DNA of 64,000 bases, from NCBI GenBank assembly GCA_044226485.1, contig JBGAGY010000002.1:336176-400175 (forward strand), given 5' to 3'. The stretch is from Anaerolineales bacterium (GTDB lineage Bacteria > Chloroflexota > Anaerolineae > Anaerolineales > UBA6663). A program made the translations under genes and the position numbers. This document shows positions 38,409 through 48,053 of the stretch, one piece after another. Position 1 is the stretch's first letter; each line of letters starts with the position of its first letter. The notes beneath the pieces are model-generated. The model was not told where the DNA came from and did no database searches. It saw only the letters and a program-made list of their open reading frames with translations.

Positions 38409-38849
38409 ATGCACCTCCGCCCCATCACACACACCGACATCCCCGCGCTGTTCGAAGTGCGCGTGGCGACGCACGAGAACGCCATGACGCTCGAGGAACT
38501 TGAGCGGCTGGGCATCACGCCTGAGTCTGTCGCAGGCATGCTTGGGGCGAGCCATGCGGGTTGGCTGTGGGAAGACAAGGGCCGGGTCGTCGGGTTCGCG
38601 ATGGGCAATCGCACGACCGGTGAGATGTGGGTGATCGCGCTGCTGCCCGAGTACGTCGGCCGCGGGCTCGGGTCGCGCTTGCTGCGTGAGGTCGAGGGCT
38701 GGCTGGCGGCGCAGGGCTGGGGCCGCATCTGGCTGACCACCGACCTCGACCCGTCGCTGAAGGCCTACGCCTTCTATCGGCAACACGGCTGGAAAGACGA
38801 TCGTGTCGAAAACGGGGATCGCTATATGATCAAGGATGTCACGGCCTGA
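38409..38849 (+). CDS. GNAT family acetyltransferase
   Basis: LPEYVGRGLGSRLL, AYAFYRQHGW. Confidence 0.88.
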   Translation: MHLRPITHTDIPALFEVRVATHENAMTLEELERLGITPESVAGMLGASHAGWLWEDKGRVVGFAMGNRTTGEMWVIALLPEYVGRGLGSRLLREVEGWLAAQGWGRIWLTTDLDPSLKAYAFYRQHGWKDDRVENGDRYMIKDVTA

Positions 38850-38889
38850 TCGTTGACCGCTCGTCCCTGCACCCCGAAAGGAACGACCC

Positions 38890-39390
38890 ATGCCCATCGA
38901 CGTGGTTATTCAGTCTCGCTCGACGTTCACGGTGTTGGGCCGCTCGACCTGGATCTCGGGGCAGGACACCGCTCAATTTGGGGCCTTCTGGCAAAGCTCG
39001 TCGGCTGGCGGGCTGCTGATCGACCTCGAGCGGCTGCGTGAGGGCCAGCTGGGACGTGAGACCCAGAGCGTCATCCTTGGCGTGTCGCGGGTCGAAGCCG
39101 ACCCCGCCAATCGCGCCTTCCCCTACATGATCGCCATCGAGTCGGATCGCCTGGGCGTTCGCGGCGATCTCGAGAGCTACCAGGTTTCGGCCGCCACCTG
39201 GGCGGTCTTTCGCAACCCGGGCCCGATGCCCGATGCCCTCGTCGCTGCCGAGAAGTATGCGTTCACCGAATGGCTTCCCGCTTCGGGCTATCGCCACGCC
39301 CTCACACCCGAGCTCGAGGTCTACCTGCCGGAAAACGTCGTCCGCGCCTCCGGCGTGGTCTGTGAGTTCTGGCTGCCTGTCGAAAAGTGA
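38890..39390 (+). CDS. GyrI-like small-molecule-binding domain protein
   Basis: FTVLG, TWAVF, EWLPASGY, PELEVY, EFWLPV. Confidence 0.85.
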   Translation: MPIDVVIQSRSTFTVLGRSTWISGQDTAQFGAFWQSSSAGGLLIDLERLREGQLGRETQSVILGVSRVEADPANRAFPYMIAIESDRLGVRGDLESYQVSAATWAVFRNPGPMPDALVAAEKYAFTEWLPASGYRHALTPELEVYLPENVVRASGVVCEFWLPVEK

Positions 39391-39520
39391 CGCGAGCGCG
39401 AGACGGGGCGATCGAGGAGCGCGGGATCGAGAGGCGCGAGATCGAGAGAGCGCGCGAACGCGAAATCGCGAGGGATGGCCAGTGGTGCCTGTTGGCCGCG
39501 CCAAACCCCTTTGCCCCCAC

Positions 39521-39700
39521 TGTCATCCAGAGCGCCGCACCTCCTTCGCCCTGAGGCGCGCCGAATGAGCGCGAAGGATCGCCCATCCGACTCGTGAGCC
39601 ATGGAGGCTGTGGGTCCCCCGGCCGATGAGTCCGATGGGCGATCCTTCGCGCTCATTTCAGTTGGTTGTGCTTCGGGAAGGTCAGGCGCTCTGGATGACA
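39521..39700. repeat. 180-bp nested inverted-repeat element (TGTCATCC...GGATGACA type), MITE/REP-like
   Basis: Perfect 16-bp terminal IR (39521-39536/39685-39700) and perfect 24-bp inner IR (39564-39587/39634-39657). Confidence 0.85.
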
Positions 39701-39721
39701 TGGACGGAGAGGCGAGGCGCA

Positions 39722-39780
39722 GCCATCGCCCGTCAACGCGGCCATCGCCCGTCAACCCGGCCATCGCCCGCCAACGCGGC
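39722..39780. repeat. 19-bp tandem repeat x3
   Basis: GCCATCGCCCGTCAACGCG, GCCATCGCCCGTCAACCCG, GCCATCGCCCGCCAACGCG. Confidence 0.9.
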
Positions 39781-39816
39781 TGTCCTTCTGAGCCCATCCA
39801 CGCTGCCCCGCAAATC

Positions 39817-39858
39817 ACAAAACGCCGAAGGTTGAACGGCCCTCCAACCTTCGGCGTT
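39817..39858 (-). terminator. Terminator of the oxidoreductase operon
   Basis: AACGCCGAAGGTTG / CAACCTTCGGCGTT stem; T run on the minus strand. Confidence 0.7.
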
Positions 39859-39892
39859 CGTTCTTCGTCATGGGTCAACGCCGCAGACGCCC

Positions 39893-40450
39893 TCAGATCT
39901 CCGGTTCCGCCACCAACTCCGCCCCGGCCCAGAGCGCCGCGATGTTAACCGGCAGCAGATCGCGGTGCTTGGCGGGCAGGTGCTTGTCGAGCGCCAGCTC
40001 GATGTCGCCGAGCTCGAGGACGCCCGTGGCGGCGACGGCAGCGCCGAGCAGGACGATGCCGGCCACCCTGGCGCTGCCGGCCCGCTCAGCCATCTCGGTC
40101 GCGTGCGGCGCGATGATGCGGATGTCGGTCCGCGCAGGCGGGCGGTTGGTCAGTGAGGCGTTCACGGCCAGCACCCCGCCAACGCGCACGATCGGCTCGT
40201 ACTTGTCGAACGACGGCTGGTTGAGCGCGATCACGACAGTGGGGTTGCGCACCAACGGCGCGCCGATGGGCTCGGTGGAGATCACGACAGTGCAGTTGGC
40301 CGTGCCGCCGCGCATCTCGGGCCCGTACGACGGGATCCAGGTGACGTGCTTGCCGGCCTCGAGCGCGGCGTAGGCCAAGACCTGGCCGGTCAGGAGCACG
40401 CCCTGGCCGCCGAAGCCCGCGATGAGGAATTCGGTGGTGGTGTGCATCAT
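39893..40450 (-). CDS. 2-oxoacid:ferredoxin oxidoreductase gamma subunit
   Basis: [24 protein letters not shown]; true start near 40450, not the 41122 of the ORF track. Confidence 0.92.
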   Translation of the reverse strand: MMHTTTEFLIAGFGGQGVLLTGQVLAYAALEAGKHVTWIPSYGPEMRGGTANCTVVISTEPIGAPLVRNPTVVIALNQPSFDKYEPIVRVGGVLAVNASLTNRPPARTDIRIIAPHATEMAERAGSARVAGIVLLGAAVAATGVLELGDIELALDKHLPAKHRDLLPVNIAALWAGAELVAEPEI

Positions 40451-41208
40451 CCGATCACCTTGTAGTCGCCGAGCGGATAGAAGGGCACAAGCCGCTCCTC
40501 GACCCAGCTCATGGCCTCGCTCGGGCTCAGGCCCCAATTGGTCGGGCAGGTCGAGAGCAGTTCGACGAAGCTGAAGCCACGCTCCTCGAGCTGGATCTCG
40601 AAGGCGCGTTTGATCGCCTTCTTGGCCTGGAGGATGTTCTTCGGATTGTGCAGGCTGCGGCGCACCGAATAGGCCACGCCCGGCAGCGTCGCCAGCAGTT
40701 CGGCCATGCGCAGGGGCATGCCCATCGTCTCGACGTCTCGGCCGCACGGTGATGACGACGTGCGCTGGCCGGGCAGGCTGGTCGGCGCCATTTGTCCGCC
40801 GGTCATGCCATAGATCGCGTTGTTGATGAAGATCGTCGTCAGGTGCTCGCCCCGCGCCGCGGCATGAAGCGCTTCGGCGATGCCGATCGAGGCCAGGTCG
40901 CCGTCGCCCTGGTAGGTGAAGACCACGGCCTCGGGGTGCACGCGCTTGAGGCCGGTGGCCATCGCCGGCGCGCGCCCGTGCGCGGCCTCGGCGAAATCGA
41001 CGTTGAAGTAGTTGTACGCGAACACAGCGCAGCCGACCGGCGCCACGCCGATCGTGCGCTCCCGAATGCCGAGCTCGTCGATCACCTCGGCGACCAACCG
41101 ATGCGCGACGCCGTGGGTACATCCCGGGCAGTAGTGGGTATCGGTCTCCGTCAACGCCCCGGGCCGTTCGAAGACCACCTGTAGTTCGGGCGCGTCAGCC
41201 GTCAACAT
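40447..41208 (-). CDS. 2-oxoacid:ferredoxin oxidoreductase beta (TPP-binding) subunit
   Basis: [15 protein letters not shown]...[17 protein letters not shown]; GGAGG RBS before ATG 41208. Confidence 0.93.
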   Translation of the reverse strand: MLTADAPELQVVFERPGALTETDTHYCPGCTHGVAHRLVAEVIDELGIRERTIGVAPVGCAVFAYNYFNVDFAEAAHGRAPAMATGLKRVHPEAVVFTYQGDGDLASIGIAEALHAAARGEHLTTIFINNAIYGMTGGQMAPTSLPGQRTSSSPCGRDVETMGMPLRMAELLATLPGVAYSVRRSLHNPKNILQAKKAIKRAFEIQLEERGFSFVELLSTCPTNWGLSPSEAMSWVEERLVPFYPLGDYKVIG

Positions 41209-42275
41209 ACAACCTCCTTTGACGTCTCGACCAGCGTGTGAACCGCCTCCAATACCTCTTCGGGCACCGGCACCACGCCGCCGCAGCGGCCGAAGAACGA
41301 AACCGGCACTCGGCCGTCGAAGGCCAGGCGCACGTCCTCGATCATCTGGCCGGTGTTCATCTCCACCACCAGGCATCCCCGCAATTGCGGAGCCAGGGAC
41401 TTGAGTTCAGCCGTCGGGAAGGGCGCGAGGCTGACCGGCCGCCACACGCCGACCCTGTGTCCCTCGGCCCGCGCCGCGCGCATCGCGCTCTGTGCCACAC
41501 GCCCGGCTGTGCCGAAGCCGACCAGCAACCACTCGGCGTCTTCGACGCGATCCGCGACCCAGCGGCGTTCGTTGGCCGTGATCTCGTCCCACTTGCGCGC
41601 GCTCTGATGCACGAAGGCTTCGCCCTCCTCGGGCGACATGTGCACGCTGGTGAAGACACGGCGTTCGCGGCCTTTGGCGCCCGAGAGGGACCAGGCCTTA
41701 CTGACCGGCGAGCCGCGCTCGCGCATCGGCGGCAGCTCGGCCGGCTCCATCATCTGGGCCAGGGTGCCGTCGGTCAGGATGACGACGATGGTGCGGTAGC
41801 GCTCGGCGAGCTCGAAGGCCGCGTAGGTCAGGTCGATCGCCTCTTGTACCGTGGCCGGCGCCAGCACGATCGGCCGGTAGCCGCCGTGCCCGCCGCCCTT
41901 GACCATCTGAAAGTAGTCCTGCTGCGCCGGGGCGATGTTGCCCAGGCCCGGGCCGCCGCGCATGACATCGACCAGCACCATCGGCACGTCGCTGGCGGCG
42001 ATGTACGACAGGCCCTCGGCCATCAGGCTCACGCCCGGGCTCGACGACGAGGTCATCGCCCGCGCGCCGGCGCAGGCCGCGCCATAGACCATGTGGATCG
42101 CGCCGATCTCGCTCTCAGCCTGCAGAAAGACGCGCCCGAGTTCGGGCATGCGTCGGGCCAGATGCTCGAGCAGCTCGGTCTGCGGCGTGATCGGATACCC
42201 GAAGTAGGCGTCGAGGCCGGCGCGCAACGCGGCCTCCGCGATCGCGGTGTTGCCCTTGATGAGTTCGACTGGCAT
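41202..42275 (-). CDS. vorB: 2-oxoacid:ferredoxin oxidoreductase alpha subunit (VorB-like)
   Basis: [42 protein letters not shown]. Confidence 0.88.
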   Translation of the reverse strand: MPVELIKGNTAIAEAALRAGLDAYFGYPITPQTELLEHLARRMPELGRVFLQAESEIGAIHMVYGAACAGARAMTSSSSPGVSLMAEGLSYIAASDVPMVLVDVMRGGPGLGNIAPAQQDYFQMVKGGGHGGYRPIVLAPATVQEAIDLTYAAFELAERYRTIVVILTDGTLAQMMEPAELPPMRERGSPVSKAWSLSGAKGRERRVFTSVHMSPEEGEAFVHQSARKWDEITANERRWVADRVEDAEWLLVGFGTAGRVAQSAMRAARAEGHRVGVWRPVSLAPFPTAELKSLAPQLRGCLVVEMNTGQMIEDVRLAFDGRVPVSFFGRCGGVVPVPEEVLEAVHTLVETSKEVVC

Positions 42276-42279
42276 GGGG

Positions 42280-42528
42280 TCAGGCTCCGACCGGCGTCCG
42301 GGCGGTGGGGGCATACCGCACCACCGTGATAGCGACGTCGGGACAAATGACGGCGCAGAGCGCGCAGGCCGTGCACCGTCCGAGGGGATCGTTCAACTGG
42401 GCAGGGTGGAAGCCCTTGAGGTTCAGGGTCTCGCGGTTGATCCCGAGCAGGTGGTGTTGGCAGGCTGTCGTGCAGAGCTGGCAGCCCTTGCAGCGCTCAG
42501 GGTCGATGCGTACCGTTCCATGGCTCAT
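42280..42528 (-). CDS. 2[4Fe-4S] ferredoxin (delta subunit)
   Basis: [11 protein letters not shown] and [12 protein letters not shown]. Confidence 0.92.
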   Translation of the reverse strand: MSHGTVRIDPERCKGCQLCTTACQHHLLGINRETLNLKGFHPAQLNDPLGRCTACALCAVICPDVAITVVRYAPTARTPVGA

Positions 42529-42661
42529 AGGCTTTGTTCCTCCAACCCTGAGCCTAGGTCCGGCCCATATCACCCACAAGTATCATTGTTCACCCATACG
42601 GGTGATGAAGGTCAACCTGGTCCAATTTATGGCAATCGTGGCGCTGAGGCCATGACGAAGG

Positions 42662-42770
42662 GTTTGGCCACGGATTTCGCGGATTTCACGGATCAAATGG
42701 GGTGTCCTGAGGGTTATCAAGTCGCTGTCGCCAACAGGACCCGTGACATCCGCGTCATCCGCGGCCAAAC
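42662..42770. repeat. Nonamer-type inverted-repeat element
   Basis: GTTTGGCCACGGATTTCGCGGATTTCACGG ... CCGTGACATCCGCGTCATCCGCGGCCAAAC. Confidence 0.85.
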
Positions 42771-42781
42771 GTCCGGGTGGC

Positions 42782-43570
42782 TCAGGCGCGCGGAGCGACG
42801 GCCTCGTACTGCGCGCGGTCGGGGCCCTTCCAGCTGCGGAGCAGATAGAGGCCGTAGAGCATGAGCAACGTCACCTGAACCACATCCAGCGGGATGATGG
42901 GGAAGTTCGAGTACTGCAAGAACAGGTCATGCAGGGCATGCAGCACGACCACGAACCAGATCGTGTTCGTGCGCAAGCGGATCGACGCCAGGCCGACCCC
43001 GTGCACGAAGGCGCCGACCATCTGCGCCAACACAATAAGGGGATTGCGGTACAACAGGTTGCCGACGTGCATCAAGCCGAACAGCAACGACGAGATCACC
43101 ACGCTGCGGTTGACGCCGAGCGGCTTGAGCATCCGCAGGACGATGCCGCGCATGAGGCCTTCTTCCATGAAGCCGGTCAACGCGTAGCCGACGACGAGAT
43201 AGAAGAACGTGCCCCAATCGGTTGTTTTGATCCCCATTATGAACGGAAGGATCAAGACCACGGCGAACGGGAACCAAAGCAGACCGATCGCGCGCCACTC
43301 AGCCGGCAGGGTGAAGCCAGCGGCACGCCACCAGCCCAGAACCGTGAGCGCCAGCGCCACCAATACCGAAAGAGCGAGCAGCGCCACGAACTCCGGCTGG
43401 AACTGCGGGAACCAGGCGATGGCCGCGAGCCCCAGGGCTGTCGAGACGGTGAGGTAGATCACGAAGGCCGCGCAGGCGGACCATAGCGGTTGCCGCTCGA
43501 TCAGCGCGCGCCAGGCCGGTTGTGTCGGACGGACGGCAGACGAAGAGTTTTCGATGGATCGAGGATTCAT
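42782..43570 (-). CDS. CPBP (Abi/CAAX-like) intramembrane protease
   Basis: EEGLMRG, FGLMH, HALHD motifs; multiple TM. Confidence 0.9.
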   Translation of the reverse strand: MNPRSIENSSSAVRPTQPAWRALIERQPLWSACAAFVIYLTVSTALGLAAIAWFPQFQPEFVALLALSVLVALALTVLGWWRAAGFTLPAEWRAIGLLWFPFAVVLILPFIMGIKTTDWGTFFYLVVGYALTGFMEEGLMRGIVLRMLKPLGVNRSVVISSLLFGLMHVGNLLYRNPLIVLAQMVGAFVHGVGLASIRLRTNTIWFVVVLHALHDLFLQYSNFPIIPLDVVQVTLLMLYGLYLLRSWKGPDRAQYEAVAPRA

Positions 43571-43724
43571 AGTCGGGGTCCCAGGTGGTGCGTGGCATCC
43601 ATGCGGATGGCAGTTGGTAGAAAAGAGGCGGTTGAACGAGCACTCGACAACTGTGCGACCGAAAGATATCGTATCGATTGTTTGACGAACATATGAATTT
43701 CCGATACCGACCCGGGAGGAAGGG

Positions 43725-44318
43725 ATGGCTCAACCGAACCACAAAGAAAAAATCGCTCTGGATCGGCTGGTCTTCTTCAGCGACGCCGTCTTCGCGATCG
43801 CGATCACGCTGCTGGCCCTGGAGATCCGCCTGCCGGTGGAGGCCGGATCGCTCTCCAATGACGAGCTGTTCCAGGCTCTGCTCGAGGTCGCTCCGAAGAT
43901 CCTGGGCTTCATCATCAGCTTCCTGGTCATCGGCAGTTACTGGCTCGTTCACCATCGACGCTTCAGCCATCTGACGAGCTTTGACCGGCGCTTTTTGTAT
44001 TTGAATCTCCTGCTCCTGATGGCCATCGCCTTCGTGCCGTTCCCGACGGCGGTGCTGAGCGAGAGCGGCAACCGCACGGCCACGATCTTCTATGCGCTGG
44101 TGATGACGCTCACGGGCCTGCTCTCGGGCGCTCAGTGGTGGTATGCGTCGTCCCACCGGCTGATCGAGGAGCCACCCAGCTCACGTCGGCACACTTTCAT
44201 GGGCGTCCTGACCACCCCCGCGATCTTTTTGTTGTCGATCGGCATCGCTTACATCGACCCGGGGTTGGCCCGACTGACGTGGATCTTGATCGTGCCGGCG
44301 CTGTCTCTGGTTCGTTGA
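43725..44318 (+). CDS. TMEM175 (DUF1211) family potassium channel
   Basis: RLVFFSDAVFAIAITLLALEI, YWLVHHR. Confidence 0.9.
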   Translation: MAQPNHKEKIALDRLVFFSDAVFAIAITLLALEIRLPVEAGSLSNDELFQALLEVAPKILGFIISFLVIGSYWLVHHRRFSHLTSFDRRFLYLNLLLLMAIAFVPFPTAVLSESGNRTATIFYALVMTLTGLLSGAQWWYASSHRLIEEPPSSRRHTFMGVLTTPAIFLLSIGIAYIDPGLARLTWILIVPALSLVR

Positions 44319-44327
44319 GGGAGTGAC

Positions 44328-44350
44328 AAAAAACGGGCCCGCGGGCCCGT
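44328..44350 (-). terminator. Terminator between convergent genes
   Basis: ACGGGCCC-gc-GGGCCCGT with an A6 run on the left (T6 on minus). Confidence 0.7.
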
Positions 44351-44360
44351 CTCTTCTTCG

Positions 44361-45668
44361 CTAGAGATAGTTCAACTCTCGCGCCTGGGCGGTGAGCACG
44401 TCGCGGAACTCGGGGTCCGCGATCCTGATGAGGGCGCGGGCTCGCTCGGAGATCGACTTGCCGTACAGGTCCGCCGCGCCGTGCTCGGTGACGACGTAGT
44501 GCACGTGGTTGCGCGAGGTCGTCACGCCGGCGCCGAGGTTGAGCGTCGGCACGATCTTGCTGACTGACGGTTTGTCGGGCCGGCGCAGCGCGCTGGGCAG
44601 AGCGATGATCGGGATCCCGTCGACCGAGCGCGCGGCGCCGTAGATGAAGTCCATCTGGCCGCCGACGCCGCTGTAGAGGCGCGTGCCGATGCTGTCGGCG
44701 CAGACCTGACCGGTCAGGTCGACCTCGATGGCCGAGTTGACCGCCACCATGCGCCGGTTCTGCGAAACGATGAAGGGATCGTTGACGTAGTCGGTCGGGT
44801 GCAGCTCGATGATGGGGTTGTCGTTGACGAAGTCGTAAAGGCGCTGTGAGCCCATCAAGAAACCCGCCACGATCTTGCCGGGGTGCAGCGACTTGCGCTC
44901 GCCAGTGATCACGCCGCGCTCGACGAGATCGATCACGCCGTCCGAGAACAACTCGGTGTGGATGCCCAGATGACGGCGATCGCCCAGGCGGCAGAGCACG
45001 GCATCCGGGATCGCGCCGATGCCCAGCTGCAGCGTGGCGCCATCGGGGATCAAGGCGGCCACGTGGTCGGCGATCCGATCGCCTATCGGATCGCCCACGC
45101 TGGCCATGCGCACCTCGGGCAGCGGGTAATCGACCGGCACCATCGCGCTCAACTTGCTGACGTGAATGAAGGCGTCGCCGTGCGTGCGCGGCATGCGCGG
45201 GTTGATCTCGGCGATGATGTGTCGTGCCGACTCGGCCGCCGGCTTGGTCACCCCGACCTCGGTGCCGAACGAGCAGAAGCCGTGTTCGTCGGGCGGCGAG
45301 ACCATGATCAGCACAGCATCGAGCGGCAGGCGATCGCAGCGGAAGAGGTTCGGAACCTCAGAGAGCAGGCACGGTGTGAAGTCGGCACGGCCGGCGTTCA
45401 CAGCGGGTCGCACGTTGTCGCTGATGAAGAGCGTGTTGACCCGCAGGTGCCCGTTCATCTCCGGCGCCGCGTAGTCGGCCTTGCCGATGGTCAGCACCTG
45501 CACGATCTCGACGTTCTTCAGGCCTGGCGCGCGCTCGACCAGCGCGGCCAACAGCTTGTGCGGCACCGAGACGTTGCCGCTCAGGAAGACTCGCTCGTGT
45601 GAGCCGATCAGGCCCATGGCTTGCTTGGCCGACAGTACCCGATCTCTAGCAAACGCCGGAAAATCCAT
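44361..45668 (-). CDS. Acetyl-CoA hydrolase/transferase family (4-hydroxybutyrate CoA-transferase-like)
   Basis: DGATLQLGIGAIPDAV, LGIHTELFSDG, EVDLTGQV, SGVGGQMDF, VVTEHG. Confidence 0.92.
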   Translation of the reverse strand: MDFPAFARDRVLSAKQAMGLIGSHERVFLSGNVSVPHKLLAALVERAPGLKNVEIVQVLTIGKADYAAPEMNGHLRVNTLFISDNVRPAVNAGRADFTPCLLSEVPNLFRCDRLPLDAVLIMVSPPDEHGFCSFGTEVGVTKPAAESARHIIAEINPRMPRTHGDAFIHVSKLSAMVPVDYPLPEVRMASVGDPIGDRIADHVAALIPDGATLQLGIGAIPDAVLCRLGDRRHLGIHTELFSDGVIDLVERGVITGERKSLHPGKIVAGFLMGSQRLYDFVNDNPIIELHPTDYVNDPFIVSQNRRMVAVNSAIEVDLTGQVCADSIGTRLYSGVGGQMDFIYGAARSVDGIPIIALPSALRRPDKPSVSKIVPTLNLGAGVTTSRNHVHYVVTEHGAADLYGKSISERARALIRIADPEFRDVLTAQARELNYL

Positions 45669-45732
45669 GGCCTGAGCGTAGGCGCACGGGCGCCTCAGCG
45701 TCTAGTGATGAAGATCACGGTGGGGTACCGGA

Positions 45733-45960
45733 AGACGAATGACGAACGACGAATGACGAAGGTTGCCCGAGACGTTTCAGTGGCTTGTCTGACAGGGATA
45801 TAGGGGCGTTTGGCCGCGAATCTCGCGAATGGTTGTTCGGAGCCGATTTCAAAATGACTTCAACTCTTCAATTCGCGTCATTCGCGAAATCCGCGGCCAA
45901 GAAATCTTCTCATCCAGAAAAGCTCTCGGCCATCGTCCTTCGTCGTTCGTCATTCGTCTT
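45733..45960. repeat. Heptamer inverted repeat enclosing a nonamer inverted repeat
   Basis: (GACGAAY)x4 at the left and complementary TTCGTC-type units at ~45933-45960; nonamer element at 45810-45900 between them. Confidence 0.8.
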
Positions 45961-46785
45961 CCCACCCGTGCGGGCGCGCCAGAGCGCGAGGCCGACGGCG
46001 CCCATCAGCAGGCTGTACAGCACGCCCTCGGTGCCGGGGGCGAGGATGATGCCGAAGCCCGTGGCGCTTGAGACGAAGCCGCCGGCGACAAGCGGCAGGC
46101 TCAATGCATTGGCGACGCCATGCATCAGCCATGTTGGCCAGACCGAGCCGCTCCACAGCCGAATCTCGGCGTAAACGATCGCCTGCAGCGGAAGGAGCAC
46201 AAGCGCGAGCAGGATCAGGCCCACGGGGCTCAGCGACGTGTGTTGCGCCAGCGCCTGCTGATCGAAGAAGTACAGGTAGTAAGGGATGTGCCAACCGGCC
46301 CAGATCACGCCCGTGATCAACCAGGCGAGCGGCGCCGCCACGCGCAGGGCCTCCAGCCTGGGAGTGAGGTAACCGCGCCAGGCGAACTCTTCGAAGACGT
46401 TCTTGACGGCCGACCCCGCGAAGGCCGTTCCGACAGCGGCCACCACAACGCCCCCATCCATCGCCGCCGCGTTGAACGTGACGACGCCTGCCGCCAGGGC
46501 AGCAGCCAGAGCGACTCCGGCGACGAGAACCGGTACCACTAGCGCCGCCAGGTAGGCGGGCCAGGCGCGTCGATCGCCCAGGCCGAAGCCGGCGTCGCGC
46601 CAGCCATCGCCGCCGAGCCAACGCAAAAGCAGGTTGGCCACCAACGGGCTGACGAGCCAGATCAACGTGCCCAGGCCTTCCATCGGGTTCGCGGCGCCCG
46701 TCGCGCGGTTGACGACCACGCCGAGAAAGCCGCCGCCGAAGACGACAAGGCTGAAGATGACGATGTTCCGCCACGAGGATGTCAT
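45910..46785 (-). CDS. CPBP (Abi/CAAX-like) intramembrane protease
   Basis: EEFAWRGYL, WAGWH, HGVAN; GGAGG RBS before ATG 46785. Confidence 0.9.
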   Translation of the reverse strand: MTSSWRNIVIFSLVVFGGGFLGVVVNRATGAANPMEGLGTLIWLVSPLVANLLLRWLGGDGWRDAGFGLGDRRAWPAYLAALVVPVLVAGVALAAALAAGVVTFNAAAMDGGVVVAAVGTAFAGSAVKNVFEEFAWRGYLTPRLEALRVAAPLAWLITGVIWAGWHIPYYLYFFDQQALAQHTSLSPVGLILLALVLLPLQAIVYAEIRLWSGSVWPTWLMHGVANALSLPLVAGGFVSSATGFGIILAPGTEGVLYSLLMGAVGLALWRARTGGKTNDERRRTMAESFSG

Positions 46786-46804
46786 GATGATGCCTCCGCT
46801 TGAA

Positions 46805-47392
46805 CTAGGCCCGTGGCGCGACGAGCGTGGATACGTCGGCTGGCGTGTAGTCGCCCGCCTTGAGGCGCCCGATCGCGGACCGCAGCCAGTCCCGCGCCTG
46901 GGCAAAGGTTCCCAACGCATACTCGAGCGTCAGCAGGCTCAAAAATGACGCCCGCGACGGCGCATCGGCTGGGACCTGGGCGAGCGACGCGCGATACAAC
47001 TCGCCGAAGAACGCCACCTGGGCTTCGATGTCGCGCAGATGGTGCTCGAGCACGGGCAGCAACTCAGAGTCCGCGAGCATGCCAGCGAAGAAGACCTGGA
47101 TCAAAAGCGGCTCGCGGGTCTCCTGAGTGGGCAGGGGCGTGGACAGCCACTGACGGAGCGCCTGGCGACCCTGTTCGGTGATCGAGTAGCGCTTCATATC
47201 GAGCCGCTCTTCGCGCGCGATAACTTCCTTCTCGACGAGTCCGTCGGCGTCGAGCTCGGCCAGGGTGCGATAAATCTGGCTCTGGTTGGCGGGCCAGAAA
47301 TGGCTGACCGATTGATCGAAGGCCTTCTTCAGGTCGTAACCGGTCAGAGGCTTCAGCGAGAGGAAGCCCAGGATGGCGTGTTTCAGAGACAA
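46805..47392 (-). CDS. PadR family regulator (AphA-like, with C-terminal helical domain)
   Basis: LKHAILGFL, TGYDLKK, SQIYRTL, YSITEQGR; AGGAGG RBS, TTG start. Confidence 0.92.
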   Translation of the reverse strand: MSLKHAILGFLSLKPLTGYDLKKAFDQSVSHFWPANQSQIYRTLAELDADGLVEKEVIAREERLDMKRYSITEQGRQALRQWLSTPLPTQETREPLLIQVFFAGMLADSELLPVLEHHLRDIEAQVAFFGELYRASLAQVPADAPSRASFLSLLTLEYALGTFAQARDWLRSAIGRLKAGDYTPADVSTLVAPRA

Positions 47393-47444
47393 CGTTTCCT
47401 CCTAACCCTTACACGGTCAGTATACCACAGAACCTATAGCACTT

Positions 47445-47472
47445 ATACTATATCGTTAGTACCATATAGTAT
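47445..47472. promoter_or_regulatory. Candidate PadR operator
   Basis: ATACTATAT-N10-ATATAGTAT perfect inverted repeat in the AT-rich region upstream of padR. Confidence 0.6.
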
Positions 47473-47561
47473 TATGGTGAGGTGAGTGTGGGCGTAGAAA
47501 GCCGACCACACCTATACTGCGCGCATGAAATCACCAGTTTTGCCGCCTTTGAGCCACGCCG

Positions 47562-48029
47562 ATGACGACGCCTGACCCACGCCGGCCCTTATCGGTGTCG
47601 CCCTGGACGCTCTGGTACAGCGACACTTTTGACCGCGACTCTGAGCCCAGCATCGAGGAAACCGGCGAACGCTTCGTCGACGGCCTGGTCGCGCTGTGGC
47701 GTCATGCCCTCGTGGAGGGCATCGATGACGCCGGCAATGCCACCTTCTCGTCCTTCTGGCTGAGCTGGGGCAGCTCCAGTGCCGAACGCGCCGATGCCGC
47801 CGTCCAGCCGTTTGGCAACGCCACGCATGCCCGCTTGCGCGAATGGTTGCTGTGCGAGGGCGAGACCCGTGAAGCGGTCTTGCGGCGCCTGGCGCTTTGG
47901 CATTACGATCTGCTCAGACATAGCCCACGCTGGCAGGCGAGCGCCGTCGCCGTCGGCGAGGAAGCGCGCCAGCTGCTGGCAGCTGTCGTCGAGATGTCGG
48001 ACCTCGATACGTTTTTGCTTGAGCCTTAA
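47562..48029 (+). CDS. Hypothetical protein (Trp-rich)
   Basis: 155-aa ORF, co-oriented and closely spaced with the next two genes. Confidence 0.6.
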   Translation: MTTPDPRRPLSVSPWTLWYSDTFDRDSEPSIEETGERFVDGLVALWRHALVEGIDDAGNATFSSFWLSWGSSSAERADAAVQPFGNATHARLREWLLCEGETREAVLRRLALWHYDLLRHSPRWQASAVAVGEEARQLLAAVVEMSDLDTFLLEP

Positions 48030-48053
48030 GTCCGGCGGAGCGAGGAGGAGACG

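Noticed and set aside
39722-39780. Repeat array as a mini CRISPR
   Set aside because: Units are directly adjacent with no spacers, only 19 bp long, and no cas genes are present
39893-41122. 409-aa gamma subunit as given by the ORF track
   Set aside because: The N-terminal half is an off-frame overlap of the beta subunit; homology starts at about 40450
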